Of a stretch of DNA of 64,000 nt, positions 1 to 16,139 are shown piece by piece. Positions within the stretch are counted from its first letter, which is position 1; each line of letters opens with the position of its first letter. Source of the DNA: the human T2T-CHM13v2.0 reference genome, Homo sapiens. Where the stretch lies: NCBI RefSeq assembly GCF_009914755.1, contig NC_060934.1; one strand, given 5' to 3'. A model generated the notes under the pieces. It ran no database searches and was not told the DNA's origin. It worked only from the letters and a program-made list of their open reading frames with translations. The translations under genes and the position numbers were made by a program.

Positions 1-1649
1 TCACAGTAAATAGTGGCAAATAAAGATGAGGCCCTATCTTCTGGGGCTCACAAGCAAGTTGGGAGAAAATGACATAAAAATAAATAGCCACAACAATATT
101 AGAAGAAGCAAAGAAAGCACTGTACATAGGGATAGTAAATCTTTAGTTATTACCCTGTCTTCATTTGATGAGCTGTGGTTTCTATAAAGGCCAGTCCAAA
201 GCCAAGAATTACGTTGTATTGGTGATGCCATTTATGAATGAGAGCAAGCAGAGAAAATACATGAAAGAGTATGTCAAACCCCTAAGAAGTTAGGGTACTC
301 TAGAAATTTCCCTAGCCATAATTAAGGGTCAAAAATAATCTGAGGAGACATATGTATATGTAGAAAATACAACATAAACAAAAAATCCTACTGTCTGTGC
401 TATAGGAAATGGCTCTAAAAATGTTGCCCTACCATAGCAACCTTATCCCATACCTGATCAGTTGTTGCTCTCTTGTGTTCTTCGTTGGAATTAGTCCAAT
501 AGAAAGAAAAGAGGAGCCTGCAACTAGCACCAACTTCCCTATCCCATACTTTCCCTAATCAGCATGGATTGAGAAAATTTGCCCCACTCCACTTTTTTCC
601 CAATCACATCACTTGGTCAGTAAATATTTCCTTTGAAGCCCAAAAGTCCGAATCAGTGTTTTCCCTCGAGTTTTAGGGTTTGAAAGCCTGGATTCATATT
701 GAAATACGTTATGTGGGATTTATTATCCCTTAAGCCATTAATCACATGATCACCATGCATAGTTTCTGTGATGATGTAACTGAGGACAGTGATTCCCTAC
801 CATATTATGCAACATCCCAGGGACCCTAAGTACTTGACTCAGAGGTCATGCAGGAAGGCCAGCAGAAAGCAAGAGTATCTCCCACTTTTATGTGATTTAT
901 AAGCCTGGCCTGCATGTAAGACTTTTCTGCTTTGAAATAATTTTAAAAGCCACTGATGTAAGCCTCATAAAAACATTTATGGAGAAAGCACACAAAACAC
1001 TGTCAGTAGCATGGCAGACACTTTATGTTAAAAACTTATTATTTTAAAAAGCCATTTCCTGGCACTCTCTCCCAGCTCAAACTGTCTCTAAAGCACCCTT
1101 AAACAAAAATATATTTAGAGTTCATTGATTTTTACTAAATATTAAACTTCTTAGATTGGATTTGTTTCCTATATCTGACATCTGTTAGACTGAATTTCTC
1201 TGTTTCGTGGCTTCTTTTTTTTTACCCCTAGTGGAAGTAATTTTGTTGTGATGGTCATACACCGGACCTCCTTTAAGACAATACCAGGTATCAAAAATCT
1301 AAAGGTTTGGAGAGAAAAAAGGAAAGATAGTAATAAGTTATGTCCTACCATTCAAGGGTCCTAATCATCTCACTGGAATTTGAGAAATGATTCAGAATCA
1401 CTCATCAATAAAGCACTTCCAAGTAAAATGGAAAATTAAGAAAAAATAATTTTGGCCACAAATGAGCATTTTCCTTCCTACCTTCTCCCAACCCCTGACC
1501 ATTTCTTCTGTGTCAACCTATGATAAATTCCTCTGTTTTCTTGTTTCTCCTTTTTTATACCCTTCCCTTATGTCTTTTGCCTTTCTTCTCCATGCAGCTC
1601 TTGGTCTACTTTTCTTCTTAACAATTAATCATATACATGTATAAAAGGC

Positions 1650-1890
1650 ATAGGCATCACAGTCCGCAGAACATGGATTCAAATTGTGCCTCATCATTTC
1701 ACAGTTGTGTGTTCATGAGGACCTCATTTAACTTCTCTGATATTGTATCTGCCTTTCTATTAATAAAATAAAGATATTAATACCTATACTATAGATTGTT
1801 GTGGAAATTAAATGGTCATAATGCTTTTAACTATCTCACTATTATAATATTTGTGCTATAGTAAGTGTTCAATAAATTTACCATTATTGT
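1650..1890 (+). mobile_element. MIR SINE (degenerate)
   Basis: Core MIR motifs ggattcaaat...tcatttaacttctctga...tacctatactatagattgttgtggaaattaaatgg...gtaagtgttcaataaat. Confidence 0.75.
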
Positions 1891-1999
1891 TACTTTCATC
1901 CCTAAGCGTAACTGCTGTTTTCCAAACATTATCCTTTCTTCTCTTCACTGTGCTCTTTGATACTCCCCTGTTTCTTACAACTTTGTATTTTCCCCAGAT

Positions 2000-2100
2000 A
2001 TGATGATGATGATAAAGAGAACAAAGGAAAAGAAAAAATAAGATGAGATGAAATTGTAGGAGAAGGAGGAAAAGGAGGAGGAGGAAGAGGACATAAAAAG
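2000..2100 (+). repeat. Purine-rich low complexity, (GAT)n/(GGA)n
   Basis: tgatgatgatgat...gaaggaggaaaaggaggaggaggaagagg. Confidence 0.7.
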
Positions 2101-2273
2101 AATGTAGTGAGTGTGGTAACTATAAAGGAGACACCTTGCATTCATTTTGTTATCACTATATGTATATTCATTTTCACATTTTATACTCAGAATTTATAGA
2201 GGCTGTTTCTATTATTCAACCCCTTTCTGTGTTGATAAATGACAGGTTAACGTGAAGAAGTTTACATAGCTAG

Positions 2274-2682
2274 TGTGTCAGCTTAAGTTCTTGAATAAGC
2301 AGATTCCAAGATGAAATTAGATGTTCAAGAGATTTATTGGCGGGAGATGCCTGTGAAGGATAGAGGTGAAATGAACAGGACTGAGTAGGGAGATTCTTCA
2401 AAGCAGTATGTAGGGATGGCAACTGTAAGAGTGAATGAAGATTGAGTTGCAAGAGTCACAAGGTACATGCAGACCTGTGCATTTTGGGAAAAGTTTTATC
2501 CAGGTTGATAGGGTGTCCCTGGGCCAAAATTTTCTATGAGACTAGTTCAGTGTCAAGCAGGAATGGGCAGGCACCAATGTCCCAGCCATGCTCAATCATT
2601 AACTGGAAGCAGAGTAGGATAAGCATGACATCTGCTAGTTCTCCTGAAGGAAATCCAAGTTGGTGATCTCGTGGACACCACA
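2274..2682 (-). mobile_element. Old ERVL LTR (LTR16-like) inserted in a minus-strand MIR
   Basis: tg...ca ends; aagcagattccaagatg...agagatttattgg (reverse poly(A) signal); MIR sequence on both sides (about 2240-2273 and 2683-2750). Confidence 0.55.
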
Positions 2683-3147
2683 GCTCATAACTAACAGTGC
2701 CAGAATTTGAACCTAGGATGTATGGACTTAACCCTATACTACCTTTCTCTAAAAGACTTAGCTTCATCATGTGGGTGAAAGACATAATCAGTGGCATAAT
2801 TCACCTCAATTTTAGAGAAAAGAGATTATTTTCTAAAAGATGGAGGTGAAGATGCTCAAAGTTTGAGAAATAAACTATGTTACAACAGTAAGAAAGGTGC
2901 ATAACTGAGCTCTTGTATGAACCCAGGAAAAGCTCTAGACTTTCAGTGATTTATGGGCTCAATGATTGTATTATCCAGTGGAGGAATTTAGAAAGCATTT
3001 GGTTTCTGTCTGTCTCCTTCCCTTACCACCTTCTTTATGGTAAAACTTGAAGAATGTTGCTATAAATTGGTTGGGTTACTGTACAACTGTACAAGGAAGT
3101 AGATCTTTAAAAAGGATTAAGTCAAAGAAGAGAGAAGAACATGGTTT

Positions 3148-3457
<310 letters not shown>

Positions 3458-3869
3458 ACATGGTTTCTTTAAATGTACTTTCCTACTGGAAGCTAATTAA
3501 ATGCAAAAAACTCTGGAATTTTTCTTCCTTCTATAAGAAGTCCTTCTCATTTTTTTTAACTCAGAGTATTCAAATATAACCGAATGTACAAGATTATGAA
3601 AACTTAGATCTGATGAAGACCAAAAAAGAACTAACCAATGTTCACATTAATTGGAAATGGAAAAATAAATGGCTATTTAGTAGAAAGGAGGTGAGGGGCT
3701 CTTCTGCTGGAAAAAAAATAATAGATTTAAGTAATTCCAGAAAATTCAGTTTCAAGATAGACTTAAAATCATGGTGGAATGTAAAATGTTAGATATGGCA
3801 ATAAATTATTTTACGGAACAATTCTAGCTACCACGTAGATCACATGGCTACAGTAAAAAGCTAAAGTGG

Positions 3870-4314
3870 TGCTATGGTTTAAATGTCTCCCAAGTTTCAT
3901 GTTTTAGAAACTTAATTTCCAATGTGGCACTATTGAAAGGTGGAGTCTTTAAGAAGTAATTGGACAATGAAGGCTCTGCACTCATGAATGAATTAATCCA
4001 AATGTGAGCTAATAGATTAATAGGTTAATGGATTAATGGGTTATGGGATTGGAAGTAGTGGCTTTATTAGAAAAAGAAGAGAGACCTGTGAAAGCATGTA
4101 AGCACATATAGGTGTTCAGCACCCTTGCTACGTGATGCCCTGTGCTGCTTTAGGACCCTATAGAGCATTCCCACCAGCAAGAAGGCTCTCACCAGATGCA
4201 GCTCTTTGACCTTAGACTTATCAGCCTCCATATTGTAAGAAATAAATTTCTCTCCTTTATAAATTACTCAGTTTCAGATATTCTGTTATAAACAACATAA
4301 AATGAACTAATACC
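3870..4314 (+). mobile_element. MaLR solo LTR (MSTC/MSTD-like)
   Basis: tgctatggtttaaatgt...gaactaatacc; aataaa signal; 5-bp TSD agtgg at 3865-3869 and 4315-4319. Confidence 0.9.
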
Positions 4315-5361
4315 AGTGGTATTCCTAAAATGGGTCACCATCTAATTCAACAGTGAAGTGTCAGGAATGTAGAGGGGCGAAAAAGAGAAATCGAGAATTA
4401 AGGTTTTACATGTACATGAAGAAGAGTAAAGGGAAGACAGAGCCCTCAGGAAAATGTAACAGTTAGTGGGGTCACTATAGCTGACTTTACAATTTATCAA
4501 AAATACAGTGTTTTATTTGTCCCTTACAGAAAGGATACCAATTGTATTAGACATAGATTCTCTCCTTCTAGGATATGAGAGTAATTTTGTTGCAATAAAA
4601 CTCATCATGAGAGATTAATCCTAGATAACTTTAAGGTCACAGGTCCCACACTTTGGAAAGCTGGCATAGATTGATCCAAACCTTGAAAAGGCTGATTTGT
4701 TTTTTTCTTTTGTTCTACCTTATTTCCTTTATATTTAATTTTCTCTCAGATGATTCTCTATTATGCTTCATGGTTCATAGCAACATTACTGTTCAGGATG
4801 AAAATGTTTGTCATATTATGAGACTAACGTCTTTTATAGGAGAAACACTACTCCACTCAGAAATTGGTATGGAGATTGGTGATTGCCATAGTAGAAGTAG
4901 TAGGTGCTGCAAGTCTTATGCATCCTGCTTAACTCCTCTGATAAAATACAATACATGAGAGAGTTAGAGTTGAATGAATCCAATTTCAGAGGTGTTTAAT
5001 GTTGCTAAAGAAAAAATTTTAACTCTATGGGAATGCAGCTCAAGCTACAGTTGCCAAAGAGAATAAAATATCCAACTACAACTGCTGCCTGGGACTTTGT
5101 AAACTACAACAAAAAAAAAAAAAAGAAAAAGAGAGGAGGTTTTGTTCTTACTTTGAGATTTTTATTTATTTGTGCTAACAAAGGGATAGGATATTCTTTA
5201 CATTATGGATTTAATTTCTGTGAGGAAATAGGTATTATCTTACTAAAGTTCCAAAAAGCTGGACATAGGTTGAAATCATATATTCAATATCATTCTATGA
5301 GCCTTCTGAACTGGCAACTTAAAGCTTCCAAGTCTGAATTTCTCCAGCTTTAATATTAGAA

Positions 5362-8300
5362 TAATGAAACATAGAATTGGTCTTTCAAAAAGGTAAATAA
5401 AATCAACACACCTTTAGCTAGATTAACTGAGGAAAAAAGAGAGAATAAATAAATAAAATCAGAGATGAAAATGAAGACATTACAGTTGATACCACAGGAA
5501 TACAAAGGATTATAGGAAATTGTTATGAACAAGTATACAACAACAAATTTGATGATGTAGAAGAAATGAATACATTTCTGTATATATGCAACCTACCAAG
5601 ATTAAATTATGAAGGAATAGAAAATCTGAACAGGCCAATAATGAGTGAAGAAATCAAATCAGTAATAAAAAGTCTTCCATCAAATAAAAGCCCAGGACCT
5701 GATGTCTTCGCTACTGAATTCTACCAAACACTTAAAAAAGAACTAATTCCAATTCTTCTCAAACTAGTCCAGATAAGTGAAGAGGAAAAAATACTTCCAA
5801 ACATATTATATGAGGACAGCATTACTCTGACTCCAAAACTTGTCTGAAACTAAACAAGGACATAACAACAAAAAGAAAACTACAGACAAATATAACTGAT
5901 GAAAATAGATGCAAAAATTCTCAACAAGAAACTAGCAAATTGAATTCAACAGCATATTAAAAAGATCATTCCATACAATCAAGTGGAATTTATTCCGAAG
6001 ATGCAAGGATGTTTTTGCATATGTAAATCAGTAAACATGATTCACCACATTAACAGAAGGATAAAACCCATATGATCGTTTCAATAGATGTAGAAGTAGC
6101 ATTTGACAAAAGTTAACATTCCTTCATGATGAACACTTTCAACTAATTAGATATATAAGGCATGTACCTCAACACAAATAAGTCCAAATATGACAAACCC
6201 ACAGTTAACACCATTCTGAATCGCGAAAAGCTGAAGTTTTTTTCTCTAAGATCAGGAACCAGACAAAGACGCCCAGTTTCACTTCTTCTATTTAATATAG
6301 TACTGGAAGTCCTAGCCACAGCAACTAATCAAAAGAAATAAATAAAAAGCATCCAAACTGGATAGGAGGAAGTCAAATTGCTCCTGTTTGCAGATGGCAT
6401 TATCTTATATAAAGAAAACTCTAAGGACACTACCCAAAAGTTGTTAGGACTAACAAATAAATTTAGTAAAATAGTAGGATAAAAATAAACATTCAAAAAT
6501 CAGTAAAATGTATATATGCTAATAGTAAGCTATCTAAAATGAATAAAGAATACAATTCTATTTACAATAGCTATAAAAAGACACCCAGAAATAACCTAAC
6601 CAAAGAGATAAAAGATTTCTTCACTGAAAACTATAAAACATTAATAAAAGAAATTGAAGAGGACACAAATAAATTGAAAACTATCCTGTGTTTATGGATT
6701 AGAAAACTCAATATTGTAAACATAGCCATACTACCCAAAGCAACCCACAGATTTAATGCAATCACTGTCAATATACCAATGACATTCTTCACAGAAATAG
6801 AAAAGAAGAATGCTGAACTGTGTATAAAATTTCAAAATACCCTAAATGGCCAAAGCAATCCTAAACAAACAAACAAAAAAAGCTGAAAGCATCACACTCT
6901 CTGACTTCAAAATATACTATAAAACTATGGTAATCAAAACAGCCCGATACTGGAATAAAATACATATAGACCAATGAAATAGAATAGACAGCCCCAGAAA
7001 TAAATGAACACACTTACAGTCAATTGATTTTCAACAAAGGTGCCAAGAACACACATTGAGGAAAAGATAACCTCTTCAATAAGTGGTTCTGGGAAAATTA
7101 GATATCCACATACAGAAGAATGAGACTGGACTTTTATCTCTCACTACATACAAAAATCAACTTAAAATGGATCCAAAATTTAAATGTAACATCCAAAAAA
7201 ATAAAACTGCTAAAAGAAAACATGAGAGAAATGCTTGAAGTCATTGGACTGGGGAAGGATTTTAAAAATAAGATCTCAAAAGCACAGGAAATAAAAGCAA
7301 AAGAAGACAAATGGGATTACATCAAACTAAAAAGCTTTTGTACAGCTGAAGAAATGACAGAGTGAAGAGACAACCAACAGAATGGGAGAAACTATTTTCA
7401 AACTATTTATTTTGACAAAGGGTTAACATACAGAATACATAAGGAACTTAACAGCAAAAAGCTAATAGCTTTATTTAAAAATGGGTAAAGGATCTTAATA
7501 GACATTTCACAAAAGAAGGCATACAAATGGCCAACAAGTATGTGAAAAAATGCTCAACATCACTAATCGTCAGTGAAATGCAAACCACAATGAGATATCA
7601 CCTCACTCTAGTTAGAATGACTATTATAAAAATACAAGGATACAAGTGTTGGAAAAGATGTAAACAATCCCACTAAACCTTTGGTGAAATTGTAAATTAC
7701 TACAGACATTATAAAAAACAGTATGAAGGTTCCTCAAAGAAATTAAAAATGGAATCATCATATGATCTAGCAGTCTCACTACTGGGTATGTATCCAAAGG
7801 AAATGGACATTATCAAGGCATATAGCCATCAGAATATCTAAAGCCAATGTGAAGAAAATAATTCTAAGGGCAATGAGACAAAATCATCAGGTAACCTATA
7901 AAGGAAAACTTATCAGACTGACAGCAGACTTTTCCACAGAAGCCTTACAAGAGAGAAAGAATTGGAGTCTCATCTTTAGTCTTTTTAAACAGAATAACTG
8001 TTATCCAAGAATTTCGTATGCAGCAAAACTAAGTTTTATAAATGAAGGAGAAATAATCTTACTCAGAAAGCAAATGCTGAGGAAATTTGTCAATACTAAA
8101 CCAGCCCTACAAGAAATGCAAAAAGGAGTTCTAAATCTTGAAACAAAAGATTGACACCCACCGGAATTTAAACTCCCAGAAGCATAAAATTTCCAGGGCT
8201 TATAAAATAATAACAGAATGAAGAAAACAAAGTCGCTAGGTAACAATCAACACGATGACTAGAACAATACCTCACATCTCAATATTAACATTGAATGTAA

Positions 8301-9130
8301 AATAGCCTAAATTCTCCACTTGAAAGATACAGATTGGCAGATTAAATTAATAATACACAAACCAAATATCAGCAGTCTTTAAGAGACGCACCTAAAACAT
8401 AAGAATTCTTATAGACTCAAGGTAAAGGGTTAGAAAAAATATATCATGCCAATGAAAACCAAAAGTGAGCATGAGTAACTATTCTTATATCAGAAATTAG
8501 TATTTTGAAGCGATATCTGCACTCCCATGTTTATTGCAGCACTATTTACAATAGCCAAGCTATGGAATCAACCTGAATGTTCAACAATGGATAAATAAAG
8601 GAAATATGACTTATGCACAATGATATAGCCATAAAAAAGAATGAAATCTTATCATTGTGAAAACATGGATGAGCTAGAGGACATAATGTTAAGTGAAATA
8701 AGCCAAACAGAAATGACAAATACTGCATGATCTTATTCATAGGTTAAACCTTAAAAAAAAATGTCATAAGAGCAGAGAGTGGAAAAGTGGTTATCAGAGA
8801 CTGGGGAGGGAAGGAAGAAGAGGAGTAAGAGAAGTGGTTGGTCAATGGGTACGAAGTTACAATTAGATAGAAAGAACAAGTTTGGGTGTTCTATTGAAAA
8901 GTAGAGTGATTTCTGTTAACAGTAAAGTACATACGTTATAAAATAGCTAGAAGAGAGGCTTTTGATATTTTTACAACAAAGAAAAGAGGCATGCATGAAG
9001 TGATAGATATGTTAACCACCCTGATTTGATGATTATATACTATATAATGATGTACTGAAACATAAATTTGTATCTTACAAACATGCAAAATTACAATGTG
9101 TCCATTTTAAAATAAAATTACATTTTTAAA
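5362..9130 (+). mobile_element. 5'-truncated L1MA4/5-like LINE-1 (ORF2 RT/C-terminus plus 3'UTR), interrupted at about 7806-8494
   Basis: ORF fragments NLPRLN..KSPGPD, LFAD, KWDYIKLKSFCTA; L1MA 3'UTR aatagctagaagagagg...ccctgatttgat; many stops. Confidence 0.93.
7806..8494 (+). mobile_element. L1PB-like internal fragment (ORF1 C-terminus, inter-ORF spacer, ORF2 endonuclease start) inside the L1MA
   Basis: ORF 7849-8154 QVTYKGKLIRLTADFS..KPALQE; ORF2 start atgactagaacaatacctcacatctcaatattaacattgaatgtaa (M..PHISILTLNV). Confidence 0.88.
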
Positions 9131-9163
9131 AAATTGAAGTAATAAAATCATATACCTTATAGT

Positions 9164-9420
9164 GTGTTATGGGTCAATATGATGTGTCAAATTGGCTAGG
9201 CCATAGTACCCAGGAAATTGGTCAAAAATTGTTTTAGATATTTTTGTGAAGGCATTTTTTAGATGTGATTAAAATTTAAATAGCAAATTTTGAGTAAAGC
9301 CAACTTACCTGGAAGAAGAACTAATTCTATAAGTAGATCAACTTTGTACCAAAATTATGACTCTTTCCTGAGCGCCCAACCTGCTGACCATCCTGAAGAC
9401 CTTGGACTTGCCAAACCTCA
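9164..9420 (+). mobile_element. MLT2-like (ERVL) LTR fragment with internal deletion
   Basis: tgtgtcaaattggctaggccatagtacccag...tgagtaaagc...cctgctgaccatcctgaagaccttggacttgcca. Confidence 0.7.
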
Positions 9421-9719
9421 GGATTTATAAAATTAAGCACAAAAAGTAGCTAATACATAGTAACTGATCAATCAATGCTGCCTACCACTTAGTTGTACTT
9501 AATATTTAGACTTAAATATTTTCTACTGCAAATAGTATAGTGTTGTCTGGCAAGTGGTTCTGGAGATAGAGCTGGGGAGGTGAAGTACCTCTAAGATTGA
9601 CTGAGCTTTTACTATGTGCTCTGTACTGAACACTATCATGCAGATTATGAATTTTATTCCTGTCTTTAGCGCTATTGCAGACACAATTATTTAAGAAAGG
9701 AGGAAACTAAGGTCTAGAA

Positions 9720-9889
9720 GAGAGGGGGTTGGAATCAGGACAAATAGCTAATGCATATGGGGTTTAATACCTAGATGACGGGTTGATAGGTGCAGCAAAC
9801 CACCATGGCACACGTTTACCTATGTAACAAACCTGCATGTTCTGTACATGTATCCTGAAACTTAAAGTAAAATAAATTAAAAAAAAAAA
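9720..9889 (+). mobile_element. Short L1PA (about PA8-PA10) 3' end with poly(A), inside a minus-strand MIR
   Basis: ctagatgacgggttgataggtgcagcaaaccaccatggcacacgtttacctatgtaacaaacctgc...aaaaaaaaaa. Confidence 0.9.
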
Positions 9890-11353
9890 GATTAAGCACC
9901 ATATTGAGGGTCAACAGAGGTACCTATTAATGAATCTAAGCTGTTAAATCCAATAAATCTGATCCCAGAGTCTACACTCTTAATTGGTACAGTACATTTC
10001 TTCAAAATAAGGCACAATAGAACAAAATTCAACTCAAAAATAGAAATATATTAGCTTCTCCTTTACTATGTCATGTGGCCTTGTGGTTAGCCTCAAAAAG
10101 ACTCTGGGTCGACCTCAGAGGCATTCACAAGAGCCATAAGAAGTTAAGGTGAGCACCCCGGTCTCCAGTGCAGAGACAGGGATTAAGCTGGTTGCCCCTT
10201 GAAGTTGTGGTCAGGACTTCTCTGATGCCCTCCTGACCTTACTCTCTCACTCCACCCTGAAGGAGTGGAATTGGACTTTTTATTTTGATTTCCCTATGTT
10301 CAAAGGAGTTAGAGGTCATATCTACAAATACCTTCTTAGATTAAAAGCGCCATAATTTTCATTATTCTTTGGCTGCAGGAAAACAAGTGGAAACAACTAT
10401 CAATCTCAATTTAGGGAAGAAAAAAGGGAGTGGAAGAAATGATTGCAAAATGGAGGTCTTCTCATTTCTAAATTTGGAGTCTGCTACCCAGCTCCAATCA
10501 ATTGTTTTTATGCAGACAAATGGGGACAATTTCCCAAGTCTTCTTATTTTTCAAGAGAAGCCAGAAATATAAAATTTTACAAGAAATACCCAAACTTGTA
10601 ATGTTGAAAATGACTAGTAATTAAAAAGAAAATACAAGCGAGAGAGCCAATACAGTTTAACAGGTTACGTTATCTGTAGAAGAGTTTTGACACAAGAAAC
10701 CCCAACTATAACTGCTAAATACAATTAATAAGATAATTAAAATGATTTTAAAAACCTTCCTGATTTCACTTCTAAGCCAAATCACAGATTAATTCTCAGA
10801 ATCTGTGTTATGATTTAATGGAGACTAAAGAGAAAAAGATCTCTTCACTATGTAACCAACCTTGCTAGTTCTCACTCAAATTTAGTGATTTTTTCTTTTC
10901 AGAAAATGACTGTTGGCCTGATCACCACAGACAAAAACAAATAACAGGTGTAATTACCTGGATAATTTATAATATGCAGAGCATTCAGGACATTCAATGA
11001 AATTTTTATTTCAAATTTGTCAAATTAATGTATTAGTAAAACAGATAAATACTGTTCACACTTATCAGGCAAAACAATAGAAGCAGTATGCAAATACCTC
11101 AACCTTTTTATTGTTTTAAATCAAATGTGGCATTTTAGTTACTTTATCTCTGAAAGCACCTTTCAGTTAGCAAAGGAGTCTGGCTGTGAAGCCTCAAAGC
11201 AAAGAAAAATTCTATCCAATCAATTATTGTGTAATCCCCACATTATCTTATTTCTTTATAGCTGAGTAGTCACTGAAAACAGTAAAACAAGAAAGAAATT
11301 TGTTCTTTCTTTCTTGAATAATGGTTGGGTTTTAAATTAAAAAGGTATTTTGC

Positions 11354-11388
11354 ATATATATACACACACACACACACATATATATATA
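11354..11388. repeat. (TA)n(CA)n(TA)n microsatellite
   Basis: atatatatacacacacacacacacatatatatata. Confidence 0.95.
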
Positions 11389-12263
11389 AAATGGTATATC
11401 TATACATCACCCCCTCATGCACACTACTTTATTAACCAATGACTAACTGACCCTCTGATGATTTCAAACATTTAGTCATTATGTACCACTAAAAAGCACA
11501 GAACTGAGCCTGATAAAATTAAAAGAAGCCAATCTTTCAAATCAGCACATTGTGACTCTTATACCATCCAGTAAACATTTGAGTAATGTTTTCTTTCCAA
11601 TGAGGATGGCAGAAATCCTGAATCTTGTTTCCTGTTAGTGTAAGAAATAAAAGCATTCAATGTAAAGTGTAAAATAAAAACAAAAGCAAAACTTATTGCC
11701 AAAACTCCATCTCTGAGCTAAAGCGCCATGAAAATATTTTTGTCTCAATGGGATATTTATGACATTTTTCCTTAAGAAATCATTGCAATCTCCATAAATG
11801 GCTGTACTAAAAAGTCTAGTTTGAGAAATAAGTTGTGTTTTTAAATTATTTTTTCTGATTTTTATGTAACTTTCAAATAATAGAATATCAGCCAATGATG
11901 AAAGAACACTTAGATTTTATTTATCCAAACAGATAACCCGCAGAAGTATACCAAGCAAAACTTAAAGATTCTGATTGTCCTAAACACATGTTGATCTACC
12001 TTGAATAAAGACCTCATTGTACATTTTGTTATCCTTCCTGTTATGCAGAAATGCAATCATGTATTAAGAACTCAACGAAGAGTATGGTAAACATTGGAAA
12101 GTCAAACAAGGCTGTTTTCCAAATATGTTTTTTGTTGTTTTTTTTTTGTTTTGTTTTTTTAATTGACTAACCAGATGGACAACCAGAGAACACCAAATGT
12201 CACTAGCAAGGAAATGATTTTCGGTAGTGCTTTCCTGGGGTATAGTAAAGGATGCATTTCTAG

Positions 12264-12584
<321 letters not shown>

Positions 12585-13529
12585 TATTGTGCAATTTGAT
12601 TTGAAAAGGAGGGGGTGGAAAACTAATTCAGAGCTGATAGAAAACAGGTTTTCCCAAAAATGGGAAATTTACTTGATATTTTTCAATAGTTGAAACCAGC
12701 AAAGTCTGGCTGGCTATGAAATGACAACACATGTATTTAAAGTTACGCTTAATTGGAGGGCTTTTATACTTTCCATCACAGAAGACAAGTTCAATTGATT
12801 TTTTCATTGAACTGATGAGTTGTTGCACACAATTGTCTTAAATTGACTGGTAATTCAACCTGTGCCTATGTAACACTAAAATAACAGGTCAACCCAGAGG
12901 GAGAAAGAATCGCAATCAAATAGATTTGGTTCACACAAATTTATCTGATTGATAGAATTTTTCACCTTGTAACCCACCATTTCTGTTTCATAGATAAACA
13001 TCCTCAGCTCAGCAGCAGTTCTGTCAAATCCCAAAATCTCCACACAAAGAGAACATCTGACCCAGTCCTCCATCACTGAATTTCAGCCTCTCAATTTTTG
13101 CCTTTGGGAAATTAATACTATTACATATGCATCTGCTTCCTCCATACTAAGCAGTGAGCTTGGCTAGCCCAAGGCAAAATAGTGAAACCAAGTCTGCTTT
13201 GGGGTTGCTCCAAATCTCCCAATCAAAGGTTTTCTCTTTCCTGATAAAATTTCTAAAATTATCAGTTTTCCAACTTTATCTAACGTGTGAACTACTGTGC
13301 CCCACCAAACTTAGACCTTCCCAAGTTCCCCTCAGAGCTTTACTGGTAGTTTCTGACAATGCAGTAAACTATTTGGAATTATAAAGCTAAAAGCTGCTAA
13401 TAGGTTACAGTCCATGTAACTGTCACATTTTAGCTTAAGAGACTTTGGCACAAAGTTGTTACTACATGTGAGGCTGATCCTGAAGAGTCTACTTACATTA
13501 TTCTTAAAACATTACAAATGGCACTCCAA

Positions 13530-13685
13530 GGGTAGAATTCTGGAGATTTTCAAGTTTAAGAGGCTCATGCCTGACCCATCTCCAGGGATTCTGACCCACT
13601 ACATCTGGGCTAAACCAAGGCACCTTTATTTTTAAAAAGCCACATAGGTAAGTTTGAGGTACAGCCAAAGTTGAGTGCCGTGTGG
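13530..13685. mobile_element. MER5-like hAT MITE
   Basis: ccagggattctgac...ctgggctaaaccaagg...tttttaaaaagc..caggt...cagccaaagttgag. Confidence 0.6.
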
Positions 13686-13758
13686 TTACATTCTGGTCAT
13701 TAGGTGTGATGAAGTCTTCTTGTGCTTAGATTCTGGGTATTAGATGATTACCCAGAAG

Positions 13759-14973
<1,215 letters not shown>

Positions 14974-14990
14974 AGATGATTACCCAGAAG

Positions 14991-15332
14991 CTTGAAAACA
15001 TTATGCCAAACTAAAAAAGTCAGTTATAAAAGACCATATAATCTATGGCTCCATTATATGAAATGTGCAGAACAGGCAAATCTATAGAGACAGAAAATAA
15101 ATTAGTGGTGGCTAGCACTGGGGGAGATATGGAGAATGGGAAATCGGGTGGGGATAGGTAAATGTTATTTAGCTAAAAGGTGTTTTTCTTTTCTTTTTTC
15201 ATTTTGAGATGACAGATATATCCTAAAATGTGGTGATGGCACATATCTGTGAATAGATTAACAACTATTGACTGGTATATTTTAAATGGGTATGTTGTGT
15301 GGTATATTAATCATATCTTAATAAGGTTGTTA
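14991..15332 (+). mobile_element. Old L1MB7/8-like 3' end
   Basis: cttgaaaacattatg...aacaggcaaatctatagagacagaaaataaattagtgg...atatcttaataagg. Confidence 0.8.
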
Positions 15333-16139
15333 CAGAAAATGTATATGAAATGCAATGAAATGCATATCTTCACAATTGCGACAGAAAAGTTCACCACTCT
15401 GTCTCACTTTTTTGGTGTCTGAAGATTTAAAAATGCTGTCATATTTTAAAATCCAGATTTTATATTTTCTTCTAACATTTACCATTGATAAATTAGTGGT
15501 TGAAACCCTGTGGACACTCCACTCAATAACTAAAATGAATTGACACTCCTCAACAAAACATCAGGGCCAAGTCATCAATAATGTAAAAGAAAGTTCCCTG
15601 CTGTTGGCAGAGTTGATATCTCTATTGATGAAAATATGCTCTCCAGGTTTTACATGTATAGATGATAATTTAATTAACAGAGTATAATTTCTGTCAGGGC
15701 AGAGTTGCTCTCCTGGCCACTCACTAAATCTTAAGAAGAGCACTCTGTCATCCACTGTTCAAAGCCAACACAAAAAAATCTGTCATCCTTGAGAGAAGTA
15801 GCTACTTCTAGAAGCTCAGGCAAATTTAAGCTTTACATCCCACAGCCATGGTCAATTCAGCAATGCCTCAGGCAATCAAGGGACCAATGTAAAAAAGCAT
15901 GTTCTTTTAAACATGTTCTAAAGAATCATTTTAATACATGGTTTTGAATGAATTAATAAATAAGATACATAAAGGGGCATATTAAAACTTTATATTGATT
16001 TTGGCAATTATTACTCATTAATATTAAGTGAGATAGTTTTAAGAGCATGATTTGAGATGCTCCTAATGTTTCCTGATTTAAATATTCTGGAAATGAATGG
16101 TATAGAGCATTTACATTAGAAAACTTGGCATTATAAATT

